In this document: positions 19,218 through 31,677 of the stretch, piece after piece
Numbering within the stretch: the stretch's first letter is position 1
How the letters are laid out: each line of letters opens with the position of its first letter
NCBI GenBank assembly: GCA_046735375.1
Contig: JBKPTD010000001.1
Location: forward strand, 884-64,883
Direction of reading: 5' to 3'
DNA: 64,000 nt
Source: Actinomycetota bacterium
GTDB taxonomy: Bacteria > Actinomycetota > Actinomycetes > JAKEEW01
Notes under the pieces: generated by a model
What the model saw: only the letters and a program-made list of their open reading frames with translations
What the model was told of the DNA's origin: nothing
Databases searched by the model: none
Program-made: the position numbers and the translations under genes

Positions 19218-19315
19218 GTGCAGACAGAAACTCGTACAGGTAGTCAGCAATTTAGGGTCGTCCACGCGCTTTGGGGCCTTTTGCACTGGCCTTCGTGTAC
19301 GAGGTTCTGTCGCGG
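19218..19315. repeat. approx. 95-bp element with 17-bp terminal inverted repeats (copy A)
   Basis: CAGACAGAAACTCGTACA…TGTACGAGGTTCTGTCG. It is homologous to copy B 326 bp downstream. Confidence 0.6.
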
Positions 19316-19543
19316 ACCTGGCGAGGACGTGACGCGACTCAGCCTGTGTCGTGCCAGCGTGCGTTGAGGGGGCCACCTCGCCGCGGGTGGTGCCGGCCAT
19401 GGCCAGATGCCGCCAGCGGGCGGCTCCACCATGAACCCGGACAGGGTCCACGGCGCACACCGCATCAGCCGGCTGCCTCCCGACTCCGGCCGAGACGGCC
19501 TGTTGACAGGCGGATCGTCGCCGGCCGACTCCCGGCGCGTTCG

Positions 19544-19641
19544 GTGGCAGACAGAAACTCGGACACGTTGGGGGGGAATTTAGGCCCGCCCAGACACTTT
19601 GGGCCTATTTGCGCCGCGCTTCGTGTACGAGTTTCTGTTCG
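19544..19641. repeat. approx. 95-bp element with terminal inverted repeats (copy B)
   Basis: CAGACAGAAACTCGGACA…TGTACGAGTTTCTGTTCG. The internal AATTTAGG…CTTTGGG(G)CC…TTTGC core is shared with copy A. Confidence 0.6.
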
Positions 19642-19677
19642 GTGTCGCTTCCGCGGCCGCAGAGAAGCCCCGGTGGC

Positions 19678-22990
<3,313 letters not shown>

Positions 22991-23040
22991 GATCTTCGTC
23001 GCCTCATCTGAATCCGCGTCGTGCTGGCTCGGGGAACGAA

Positions 23041-23073
23041 AAACCCCCAGGCCCTGGCGGGCACGTGGGGGTC
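23041..23073 (-). terminator. intrinsic terminator of the ilvB leader (attenuator)
   Basis: Minus strand ACCCCCACGTGCCCGCCAGGGCCTGGGGGT followed by TTTTT. It lies between the leader-peptide stop and the ilvB ATG. Confidence 0.6.
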
Positions 23074-23094
23074 GCGCGCTGGCTGCCGCTCGGG

Positions 23095-23136
23095 TCAGCC
23101 CGCGCGCCTACGAAGTACGAGAATTCGGTGCTGCAT
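23095..23136 (-). CDS. ilvB leader peptide [13 protein letters not shown]
   Basis: 13-codon ORF with consecutive Ile-Leu-Val-Leu codons. It closely resembles the Streptomyces ilvB leader MRTRILVLGKRVG. Confidence 0.65.
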   Translation of the reverse strand: MQHRILVLRRRAG

Positions 23137-23230
23137 CGGATCAGACGCTTTCGTACGGCGGGCTGGACTGTCAAGCACGTGGGACGCCCGTCTCAGGATT
23201 CAGACGCGTCTGCGCAGGGAGGTCCTGGAA

Positions 23231-24904
23231 TCAACCGGTGACGGCGCCGGTGGCTGCGGAGCCGACGAGCCTCGCGTATTTCGCAAGTGCACCGGAGGTG
23301 TAGCGCGGAGCCGGTGGCGCCCAGACCGTCCGGCGGCGGTCGAGCTCGATGCCATCAACCAACAGGTCCAAGCTGCGGGTGCGCATATCCAGCCTGATCC
23401 GGTCGCCATGCCGGACGAGCGCGATGGGTCCGCGCTTGACCGCTTCTGGCGCGATGTGACCGACGCAGAAGCCTGTCGTCGCCCCGGAGAATCGGCCATC
23501 GGTGATCAGGAGGACATCCTTGCCGAGGCCGGCGCCCTTGATGGCACCGGTGACGGCGAGCATCTCGCGCATGCCTGGACCGCCCGCTGGACCCTCGTAC
23601 CGGATGACCACGACATCGCCGCCCTCGATACCACCGCGAGTGAGCGCGGTCATCGCGTCCTTCTCGTCATCGAAGACCTTGGCGGTCCCCTCGAAGACGT
23701 CATCGTCCAAGCCAGCGCTCTTGACCACGGCACCATCGGGGGCAAGCGAGCCACGCAAGATCGTCAGCCCACCGGTCTTGTGGATCGGGTCGTCGAGCGC
23801 ATGGATGATCTTGCCGTCGGGGTCTGGGGCCAAGATGTCCGCCAGGTTCTCGGCCATCGTGCGACCGGTTACGGTGAGCGCGTTGCCGTGCAGGAGCCCG
23901 GCATCGAGCAGCGCCCGCATGACCACTGGCACCCCCCCGACACGGTCGATGTCGTTCATGACATAGCGCCCGAACGGCTTGACGTCGGCGAGGTGCGGGG
24001 TCGCATCGCCGATGCGGTTGAAGTCGTCCAGGCTCAGCTCAACGCCGGCTTCGTGGGCGATGGCCAGCAGGTGGAGAACGGCGTTGGTGGACCCGCCAAG
24101 TGCCATGACGACGGAAATCGCGTTCTCGAACGCTTCCTTCGTGAGGATCTGACGGGTGGTGATGCCTCGCTCGAGCAGCCCTACGACCGCTTCTCCGGCC
24201 CGGCGGGCGTCCTCGTCGCGGCGATGGTCGGGCCCGGGTGGCGCAGCACTGCCCGGGAGCGCCATGCCAAGCGCCTCGGCGGCGCTGGCCATCGTGTTGG
24301 CGGTGAACATTCCGCCGCACGCCCCTTCGCCCGGACAGGCATACCGCTCGATGTCGCCGAGCTCGTCCTCGCTGATCCGACCAGAGGCGCAGGCGCCTAC
24401 GGCCTCGAACACATCACCGATGGTCAGGTCGCGGTCGCCAAGCCGGCCGGGCAGGATCGAACCCGCATAGATGAAGACCGCGGCGACGTCGAGGCGGGCG
24501 GCAGCCATGAGCATGCCGGGCAGCGACTTGTCGCAGCCGGCTAGAAGCACCGCTGCGTCGAACCGCTCGGCATGCATGACGCACTCGACCGAGTCCGCAA
24601 TGATCTCGCGGGAGACGAGCGAGGCACGCATGCCCTCGTGGCCCATGGAGATGCCGTCGGACACCGAGATTGTGCCGAACTCCAGCGGGAACCCACCAGC
24701 GCTGCGTACGCCGTCCTTGGCCGCCTTCGCCAGCCGGTCCAGCGGCACATTGCACGGCGTGATCTCGTTCCAGGACGACGCCACTCCGATCTGCGGCTTG
24801 GCGAAGTCCTCGTCGCGCATGCCGACCGCGCGCAGCATCGCGCGCGCAGGTGCGCGCTCATAACCGTCGGTGACCTCGCGACTTCTTGGCTTGATGTCGG
24901 GCAT
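23231..24904 (-). CDS. ilvD: dihydroxy-acid dehydratase
   Basis: 557 aa. ILVD/EDD family motifs (…[15 protein letters not shown]…, GGPGMREML…) are present. Confidence 0.9.
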   Translation of the reverse strand: MPDIKPRSREVTDGYERAPARAMLRAVGMRDEDFAKPQIGVASSWNEITPCNVPLDRLAKAAKDGVRSAGGFPLEFGTISVSDGISMGHEGMRASLVSREIIADSVECVMHAERFDAAVLLAGCDKSLPGMLMAAARLDVAAVFIYAGSILPGRLGDRDLTIGDVFEAVGACASGRISEDELGDIERYACPGEGACGGMFTANTMASAAEALGMALPGSAAPPGPDHRRDEDARRAGEAVVGLLERGITTRQILTKEAFENAISVVMALGGSTNAVLHLLAIAHEAGVELSLDDFNRIGDATPHLADVKPFGRYVMNDIDRVGGVPVVMRALLDAGLLHGNALTVTGRTMAENLADILAPDPDGKIIHALDDPIHKTGGLTILRGSLAPDGAVVKSAGLDDDVFEGTAKVFDDEKDAMTALTRGGIEGGDVVVIRYEGPAGGPGMREMLAVTGAIKGAGLGKDVLLITDGRFSGATTGFCVGHIAPEAVKRGPIALVRHGDRIRLDMRTRSLDLLVDGIELDRRRTVWAPPAPRYTSGALAKYARLVGSAATGAVTG

Positions 24905-25035
24905 GCTTGCGGCCTTTGAATGAGTACGACGACCCGCGGCGGCCGACCTGGGATCACCGGTCGGTACGCACGGCAGCGGCTGACGGTGCGGTCAATCTAC
25001 GCCACCGCCCCCGCACAGGGGTCTGGCGCCGTGGA

Positions 25036-25263
25036 TCAGGCTGCTTGTGCCGGCCCGCGGCGGTCGGCCGTCTCCCCGCTCGTCTCCTCTGGCGCGCTGC
25101 CAGTGAAATAGGCCATGCCGCAACCCGCGCATACCAGCTCGGGGCAGTCCTCACCGTGGCCATCGGTGCAGGGTGGCTGCTCAAAGGTGGTATCGCCGCA
25201 CTCGGCACACCAGCCTTCGAGCGCGTCGGAAACGGCAAGCTCCGGCGTCCGGCTCGTCGTCAC
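25036..25263 (-). CDS. small Cys-rich hypothetical protein (possible zinc ribbon)
   Basis: 75 aa with CxxC…C…C…CxxC pattern. GC3 is high and a non-ATG start is likely. No other support. Confidence 0.35.
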   Translation of the reverse strand: MTTSRTPELAVSDALEGWCAECGDTTFEQPPCTDGHGEDCPELVCAGCGMAYFTGSAPEETSGETADRRGPAQAA

Positions 25264-25385
25264 TGCGGACCTCCCTCAGCGATATGCAACCGCCTCCGGG
25301 ATATGACCGTCCCACCCTCAGCTCACGAATCCGCGCATCTGTCATGGCTCGGCGTGTCGCTACGTCGCGCCGAGCTCCTCACTGC

Positions 25386-26579
25386 TCAGAGCAACTCGAT
25401 GATCGTGGCGTTGGCCATCCCGCCGCCTTCACACATTGTCTGCAAGCCGTACCTGCCGCCAGTGGACTCCAGCGTGTTGAGCAGCGTGGCCATCAGCCGG
25501 GTGCCTGAGGCGCCGAGCGGATGACCGAGGGCAATGGCGCCACCCCGTGGGTTGAGCCGCTCGAGATCGGCGTCAAACTCCTGCCGCCAGGCCAGCGGCA
25601 CCGATGCGAATGCCTCGTTGACCTCGTACGCGTCGATCTCGTCGATGGTCAGCCCAGCCCGCTTCAGGATCATCCGGGTCGCGGGCATGATGCCGGTCAG
25701 CATGAGGACTGGGTCATCGCCGACAACGGCGAAGGCGTGGAAGCGTGCTCGCGGCCGCAGCCCAAGTGCGGTGGCCTTTGCCTTGCTCATGATCAGAGCG
25801 GCGGAGGCGCCATCGGTCAGCGGAGATGAGTTGCCGGCGGTCACCCGCCAGTCGATCTCGGGGAAGTCTGGCGCGGCGGGATCGTCGGCAAATGCAGGCT
25901 TGAGCGAAGCCAGGCTGTCGAGGGTGGTCTCCGGCCGGATGGTCTCGTCCACGCCGTGCCTGACCAGTGCCCCGTCGGGTCCGTGCACGTCAATGGGCAC
26001 AAGCTCGCGGTCGAAGAGACCGGCGGTCGTCGCCTCGGTGGCCCGCTGATGCGAACGGAAGGCGAAGGCGTCGAGGACGTCCCGGTCCAGGCCCCAGCGC
26101 TGGGCAACGAGTTCAGCGGAAATCCCCTGCGAGACCGGACCGTCCGGGAATCGAGTCCGCAGCCGCTCGCCGTATGGATCTCTGCCCTGGATGCTCGAAT
26201 ACATCTTCGTCCGGCTCATCGACTCGACGCCGCATGCGACGACCACGTCGTACACGCCGGCCATCACGCCTTGTGCGGCGAAGTGGGCGGCCTGCTGGCT
26301 TGAGCCGCATTGCCGGTCGATGGTGGCCGCCGGCACGGCGTCGGGGAAGCCTGCGGCCATGACGGCGCTGCGGGTGACGTTGATGCTCTGCTCGCCGCTC
26401 TGGGTCACACAGCCGCCGATGACGTCGTCGATGAGCGCCGGATCGAGACTGTTTCGCTCGACGAGGGCTTCGAGCACGGTCGCAAGGAGGTCAACGGCGT
26501 GTGTGGTAGAGAGGGCTCCACCTGGCTTGCCCTTGCCACTGGCTGTGCGTAGGACATCGACGATGACTGCGTCTGGCAT
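25386..26579 (-). CDS. acetyl-CoA C-acetyltransferase (thiolase)
   Basis: Thiolase N- and C-terminal signatures (…TIDRQCGSSQQA…, …NPRGGAIALGHPLGASG…, CEGGGMANA). Start at ATG 26579 (MPDAVIV). Confidence 0.85.
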   Translation of the reverse strand: MPDAVIVDVLRTASGKGKPGGALSTTHAVDLLATVLEALVERNSLDPALIDDVIGGCVTQSGEQSINVTRSAVMAAGFPDAVPAATIDRQCGSSQQAAHFAAQGVMAGVYDVVVACGVESMSRTKMYSSIQGRDPYGERLRTRFPDGPVSQGISAELVAQRWGLDRDVLDAFAFRSHQRATEATTAGLFDRELVPIDVHGPDGALVRHGVDETIRPETTLDSLASLKPAFADDPAAPDFPEIDWRVTAGNSSPLTDGASAALIMSKAKATALGLRPRARFHAFAVVGDDPVLMLTGIMPATRMILKRAGLTIDEIDAYEVNEAFASVPLAWRQEFDADLERLNPRGGAIALGHPLGASGTRLMATLLNTLESTGGRYGLQTMCEGGGMANATIIELL

Positions 26580-26637
26580 ATCCGTCCCTTCGGCGGTCCC
26601 TCCGATAGTCGCACGGCTCCACAAAAGCCCGGCCGGG

Positions 26638-26934
26638 TCAGCTGTGCCGCGCGCCGCCGGAGATGGCCGGCAGGATCGTGATCTCTACGCCGGAGTGCAG
26701 CCGGGTCTCGAGGCGATCCAGATCTTTGATGTTGTCCGTCCCGACGAAGACGTTGACATGTTCGCGGATCTGACCGAGCTCATCGCGGATCCTGCGCTCG
26801 AGCAGCGGATGAGACCGCCCAACTGCATCGAGAACATCCCTGATGACCGCACCGTCGGTGACGTCGAGCGGCAGCTGCTTCGCACCACCGACGTATTCGC
26901 GCAGGGGCCCCGGCAGCCACACGACGACTCGCAT
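26638..26934 (-). CDS. MoaD/ThiS (CysO-like) sulfur-carrier protein with 4-aa extension after the GG
   Basis: The pattern VVVWLPGPLREYVGG…VNVFVGTDNI…ITILPAISGG matches mycobacterial CysO/MoaD2. The protein ends …SGGARHS. Confidence 0.6.
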   Translation of the reverse strand: MRVVVWLPGPLREYVGGAKQLPLDVTDGAVIRDVLDAVGRSHPLLERRIRDELGQIREHVNVFVGTDNIKDLDRLETRLHSGVEITILPAISGGARHS

Positions 26935-26944
26935 GTGGTCTGCC

Positions 26945-28033
26945 TCACCCGACGACCGCAGCCCGGATGGATAGAACGTCGGGCAGATGGAGCGCCACCG
27001 TGTGCCAGCTGTCCCCCTCGTCCCCGCTCGCGAACACCGCCCCAGAACGGCTGCCTAGATAGAGCCCGGTCGGATCGCCGTTGTCGGCTGACATCGCGTC
27101 GCGCATCACGGCGGCCTGGAATCCGTCTTGCGGGAGACCCTTTTCCAACGGCTGCCAGGTCTCGCCGGCGTTGTCGGTTCTGAAGACGCGGCAGCGCGAC
27201 TCCGGCGGCGTCCGGTCGAAATCGCCCAGCAGCGGAAAGACGAACGCGCTGCCTGGGCGTCGCGGATGGGCGACGATCGGGAACCCGAAGTCTGCAGGAA
27301 GGCCGCCTCCGATCGGCGACCAGCTACCACCGCCGTCGTCGGAGCGGAAGACACCACCGTGGTTCTGCAAGAACATGCGGTCCGGCTCGCCGGGGTGGGT
27401 CGCGATCTTGTGGACGCACTGCCCGTACTCCGGGTAAGGGTCGGGCCTATGCAGAGCGACGATGCCACCGTTGCTCGGCGCCCAGCTTTGACCACTATCG
27501 GTGGTCTGGTAGACCCCGCCGGTCGACATCGCGACGGTCACCCGGCTGGTGTCGCTGGCGTGCGGCAGGACGGTGTGGAGACACTGCCCTCCTCCGCCCG
27601 GCTGCCACGTCGGCCGGTGCGGATGCTCCCAGAGGCCGCGAACCAGCTCGTATGTCACTCCGCCGTCCTCCGACCGGAAGAGAGCGGACGGCTCGGTGCC
27701 TGCCCACACCACATCGGGCTCAGCTGGGCGGCTCGGCTGAAGCTGCCACACCTGTGCGAGCGCTGCGCCGGATCCCTCTGGGAACGAGATGGGTGCCCGA
27801 TCAGGCTCCTGCCAGGTCTTGCCGAGGTCGTCGGAGTAAAGCACGGACGGCCCCCAGTGACCGCTGGTCGCCCCGACCAACAGGCGTGGCTGGCCACGCC
27901 GGGTATCGATGCACACCGCAGAAACGGAATTCATTCCAAGATCTGCGCGCTCGACGTCCCAGGACTCTCGATCAGTAGAGCGGCCGAGAAAGAGACCCTT
28001 GCGCGTCCCTATCGCGAGGAGATATTCGGTCAT
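26945..28033 (-). CDS. BNR/Asp-box repeat protein (sialidase-like beta-propeller fold)
   Basis: Six SxDxGxTW-type Asp-boxes (SDDLGKTW, SEDGGVTY, TDSGQSW, SDDGGGSW, TDNAGETW, GDEGDSW). Confidence 0.7.
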   Translation of the reverse strand: MTEYLLAIGTRKGLFLGRSTDRESWDVERADLGMNSVSAVCIDTRRGQPRLLVGATSGHWGPSVLYSDDLGKTWQEPDRAPISFPEGSGAALAQVWQLQPSRPAEPDVVWAGTEPSALFRSEDGGVTYELVRGLWEHPHRPTWQPGGGGQCLHTVLPHASDTSRVTVAMSTGGVYQTTDSGQSWAPSNGGIVALHRPDPYPEYGQCVHKIATHPGEPDRMFLQNHGGVFRSDDGGGSWSPIGGGLPADFGFPIVAHPRRPGSAFVFPLLGDFDRTPPESRCRVFRTDNAGETWQPLEKGLPQDGFQAAVMRDAMSADNGDPTGLYLGSRSGAVFASGDEGDSWHTVALHLPDVLSIRAAVVG

Positions 28034-28080
28034 CGGGCACCTCACTATTGGCGACCGGCGAAGCCGTCCAGCCGACCCGC

Positions 28081-29019
28081 TTAGCCGGTTATCCGGATCA
28101 CATTAGCGAGTGTTTCGCCCGCCGCGTACCGCCTGAGTTGGTCACGCACGAGCCGCCGTGCACGAGGCAGGAATGCGCTCGAGGCACCGCCGACATGTGG
28201 CGAGATGAGTACGCCAGGCGCCCGCCACAGCGGATGGTCGGCCGGGAGCGGCTCTGGGTCGGTGACATCGAGCGCAGCGCGCAGCCTGCCCGCGCTCACC
28301 TCGGCCACCAGCGCCTCCGTATCAACGATCGGACCGCGCGCCACATTCACCACCAGCGCCCGATCAGGCAGCGCCGCCAGAAAGTCCTTGCCCACCATCC
28401 CGCGGGTCTCGGACGTCAGTGGCACGGTCAAGATCACGACGTCGGCGGTGGGCAGAAGCGCGGGCAGCTCGCTCAGCGCACTGACGCCGGCTCGGGCCGA
28501 CCTCCCAACCCGCACGACCTCGACCTCGAAGCCAGCCAGTCGCCGCTCGACGGCAGCGCCGATCGCCCCGTACCCAACGATCAGCACGGTCCTATCAGCC
28601 AGTGCGTCCCGGAACCCGTGCTGCCACTCCCCGGTGAGCTGAGCACGGGCATAGTCGCCCAGGCCGGTGATCGCCGCCAGGGTCAGGGCCACGGCGAGCT
28701 CGGCAGTGCTCGTGTCGTGCACGCCACGTGCATTGCAGAGGGTGACGCCGGTCGGGACGTATGGCTCGGCGTGCTCGAAGCCTGCGGTAAGCAGCTGTAC
28801 GACCTTCAGCGCCGGCATCTGGGCCATCGCCGCAAAAGGCTCAACCTCGAAGACGTAGTCCGGCACGTAGAACTCGATCTCGGTGAGCCGTTCGGTCGGC
28901 CAGGTGTCGATCACGACCTCATCGGGCACATCACCGGGATCCGGCACGTACTCCGGGCCGGGGAGCAGCGCTCTCACACCGCGGCACCCTACCGGCCTGC
29001 TTGCGCAGGGTAACGGCAT
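28081..29019 (-). CDS. D-isomer-specific 2-hydroxyacid dehydrogenase family protein
   Basis: NAD-binding GxGxxG (LIVGYGAIGAAV) and catalytic His region (VLISPHVGGAS). Start moved to ATG 29019. Confidence 0.8.
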   Translation of the reverse strand: MPLPCASRPVGCRGVRALLPGPEYVPDPGDVPDEVVIDTWPTERLTEIEFYVPDYVFEVEPFAAMAQMPALKVVQLLTAGFEHAEPYVPTGVTLCNARGVHDTSTAELAVALTLAAITGLGDYARAQLTGEWQHGFRDALADRTVLIVGYGAIGAAVERRLAGFEVEVVRVGRSARAGVSALSELPALLPTADVVILTVPLTSETRGMVGKDFLAALPDRALVVNVARGPIVDTEALVAEVSAGRLRAALDVTDPEPLPADHPLWRAPGVLISPHVGGASSAFLPRARRLVRDQLRRYAAGETLANVIRITG

Positions 29020-29091
29020 GATCTGGTCGTACCGGGAACCAGGAGGGTGAGGACCGCGTACCAACCGATGTCGGCAACTTCCTGACGGAAG

Positions 29092-30255
29092 GTGGGCCTG
29101 GTGCAACGCACGGCCGTGATCGCCGCGGCGACCGTACTGGCCTTCACGGCGCTCACTGCCTGCTCGGGCGGTGATGACTCCGCCGGATCCGCGAACTCGG
29201 CACCTGCTACGACGCCGGGCCGGAGCACGGGCTCACCGACCTCGACCGCGACCAAGAGCGAGCCCACGGGTGCCGACCTGAAGCCGGTCGTCACCAGGGT
29301 CATCGCCGGCGGTTTCACCAGCCCATGGGGCCTTGCATTCCTGCCTGACGGGAGTGCGTTGGTATCCGAACGGGACACCGCCCGGATCAAGCGCGTGACC
29401 GCAGCGGGCAGGGTCACCGCCGTCGGCGACGTGCCGGGTGTCGTACCGGGCGGCGAGGGCGGGCTGCTCGGCCTCGCGATCTCGCCCGACTTCGACCAGA
29501 ACCACTGGCTGTATGCCTACTTCACCAGCGATCGAGACAACCGAATCGTCCGGATGAAGTACAGCAACGGCGAGCTCGGGAACCCCCATCCCGTCCTCAC
29601 GGGTATCGCGAAGGCCGGAATTCACAATGGCGGCCGGATCGGTTTCGGCCCGGACGGCATGCTCTATGCCGGGGCCGGCGAGGCAGGTCTGCGCGCTCCG
29701 GCCCAAGACCTCCACTCGCTGTCGGGAAAGATCCTCCGCCTGACGCCGACGGGCAAGCCGGCGCCTCGCAACCCGTTCGATAACTCTGTTGTGTGGACGT
29801 ACGGTCATCGCAACCCGCAGGGCTTCACCTGGGACGACAAGGGTCGAATGTGGGCGTCCGAGTTTGGCCAGGACACCTGGGACGAGCTCAATTTGATCCA
29901 GCGCGGCCGCAACTACGGCTGGCCGGTGGTCGAGGGCAAGGCCGACAACAACAGCTATGTCAACCCGGTCGTTCAGTGGCACACCGATGAGGCGTCACCC
30001 AGCGGCGTCGCCTTTGCCAAGAGCGCGATCTACATGGCCGCCCTGCGCGGGTCTCGACTCTGGCAGATCCCGCTGAACGGCACGCATGCCGAAAAGCCGC
30101 GCGACTTCTTCGTGAACAAGTACGGGCGGCTGCGCACCGTCGTGGTCGCGCCCGATGGTTCGCTGTGGCTCACGACGAGTAATACGGACGGTCGCGGAGC
30201 GCCGCGCACCAACGACGACAAGATCCTTCGCATTGAGCTGCGCCCTCAGGACTGA
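29092..30255 (+). CDS. PQQ-dependent sugar dehydrogenase (soluble aldose dehydrogenase-like), lipoprotein
   Basis: Lipobox (LTACSGG) and beta-propeller motifs (SPWGLAFLPDG…, GHRNPQGFTWD…, RNYGWPVVEG…). Confidence 0.8.
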   Translation: MGLVQRTAVIAAATVLAFTALTACSGGDDSAGSANSAPATTPGRSTGSPTSTATKSEPTGADLKPVVTRVIAGGFTSPWGLAFLPDGSALVSERDTARIKRVTAAGRVTAVGDVPGVVPGGEGGLLGLAISPDFDQNHWLYAYFTSDRDNRIVRMKYSNGELGNPHPVLTGIAKAGIHNGGRIGFGPDGMLYAGAGEAGLRAPAQDLHSLSGKILRLTPTGKPAPRNPFDNSVVWTYGHRNPQGFTWDDKGRMWASEFGQDTWDELNLIQRGRNYGWPVVEGKADNNSYVNPVVQWHTDEASPSGVAFAKSAIYMAALRGSRLWQIPLNGTHAEKPRDFFVNKYGRLRTVVVAPDGSLWLTTSNTDGRGAPRTNDDKILRIELRPQD

Positions 30256-30295
30256 GTCACGAACCACCTACCCCCCGTCATTTAGGCTGCGAGAG

Positions 30296-31579
30296 GTGCG
30301 GCGGCCGACGAATCCACTGAAGCTTCCCGGTGGCGCCTGGGCACCGCTGGCCGCGGACTTCTACGCACTCAGAGCCAGCGCGCCACTGCCGCATGTGCCG
30401 ACCCCGGACGAGATCCTGCGATCCCCCGACGGTGCGACACCCGATGACCAGACGGCCTCCACCCCCCGCCGGGTCATGCTCTGGGTGGTTCTCCCGCTTC
30501 TGATGGCCGTCGCGGGGTTCATCTTGCTGAAGGCCGTCGGCGCTGAGATCGGCAGTGGCGGGCTTGTGGTTGGAACGATCTTCGCTTTACTGCCCGTCGT
30601 GCCGGTCCTCGCCGTTTTCCTGTGGCTCGACCGGAATGAGCCGGAGCCGGTGCCGTATCTCGTCTTCGCAGTCGCCTGGGGCGCGACTGTGGCTGGTGTG
30701 ATCGCCCTGGCGTTGAATTCGGCAGGCATTGAATTCCTGCGCCAGTACGGCCAGAAGGATGTCGCGATCGGCGCCGTGTTCATCGCACCCTGGGTCGAGG
30801 AGGCCGCCAAGGGAGCAGGAGTTGCGCTGCTCGCGTTGCGAAGGCGGCGGGAGTTCGACGGAGTGGTCGACGGGCTAGTTCTCGCGGGCTTGTGCGGACT
30901 CGGCTTCGCCTTTGTCGAGAACGTGCTCTACTTCGGCCGGGCGTACACGGACACGGTCGCCGAGCACGGCACCTTCGGCGGGCTCGGCAGTGTTGGTGCG
31001 GTGTTCGTCCTCCGTGGGCTCGGCGCGCCGTTCGCCCATCCCATGTTCACCGCCGCAATCGGCGTTGGCTTCGGCATCGCGGCGTCAACCGACCGCCCAC
31101 GGGTGCGGGTGGCGGCGCCTGTGATCGGCTATCTCTGCGCTGTCGCCTTGCATGCGTTGTGGAATCTCTCGGCTGCCGGTGGCCTCGCCGGCTTCCTCGT
31201 CGTGTACGGGCTGGTCATGGTTCCGCTGTTCGCCGCGTACGTCGGCCTGATGATCTGGGCACGGCGGCGGGAGGGGAGGGTGGTCGCGCAATGGCTGCCG
31301 GAATACGGCATGGCCGGCTGGTTCAGCCTCGATGAGGTGGCGCGGCTGGCATCGATGCATGAGCGGCGCCGTGCTTTGGTCGCGGCGGGGAGGTACGGCG
31401 GATGGGCGGGACGCCGGGCCACAAGTAAGTTTCAGCACATCGCGACCGAGCTGGCCTTCCTCCGCAATCGGGCGGGACGGCACTCACTTGGACCGGACTT
31501 CGCCGATCGGGAGCACGAGCTGCTGGTCGCCGTCGCCGCGAGCCGTGCCCGCCTCCCGGTCACTCCACTGACCACGTAG
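30296..31579 (+). CDS. PrsW-family intramembrane metalloprotease
   Basis: EExxK motif (WVEEAAKG), FxxxH (FAHPMF) and HxxxN (ALHALWN) lie within a multi-TM protein. GTG start at 30296 with GAGAGG upstream. Alternative start is ATG 30476. Confidence 0.7.
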   Translation: MRRPTNPLKLPGGAWAPLAADFYALRASAPLPHVPTPDEILRSPDGATPDDQTASTPRRVMLWVVLPLLMAVAGFILLKAVGAEIGSGGLVVGTIFALLPVVPVLAVFLWLDRNEPEPVPYLVFAVAWGATVAGVIALALNSAGIEFLRQYGQKDVAIGAVFIAPWVEEAAKGAGVALLALRRRREFDGVVDGLVLAGLCGLGFAFVENVLYFGRAYTDTVAEHGTFGGLGSVGAVFVLRGLGAPFAHPMFTAAIGVGFGIAASTDRPRVRVAAPVIGYLCAVALHALWNLSAAGGLAGFLVVYGLVMVPLFAAYVGLMIWARRREGRVVAQWLPEYGMAGWFSLDEVARLASMHERRRALVAAGRYGGWAGRRATSKFQHIATELAFLRNRAGRHSLGPDFADREHELLVAVAASRARLPVTPLTT

Positions 31580-31677
31580 TGGTTCCAGCATGGAACCGCG
31601 AAGGCCCGTGGCCCGTCCAAGTCGCTGAGTTCTTCAAGATCAGAGACGTCTGAGTCCCCGAGAAAGCAGGTGACCAG

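Noticed and set aside
17546-19460. 518-aa plus-strand and 491-aa minus-strand ORFs overlapping serA
   Set aside because: Out-of-frame and antisense GC artefacts with Arg/Gly/Asp-rich nonsense composition. serA homology is unambiguous in the other frame.
19218-19641. Calling the inverted-repeat elements an IS element or transposon
   Set aside because: No transposase ORF is present. The elements are only about 95 bp, so they are reported as repeat, MITE-like or structured elements instead.
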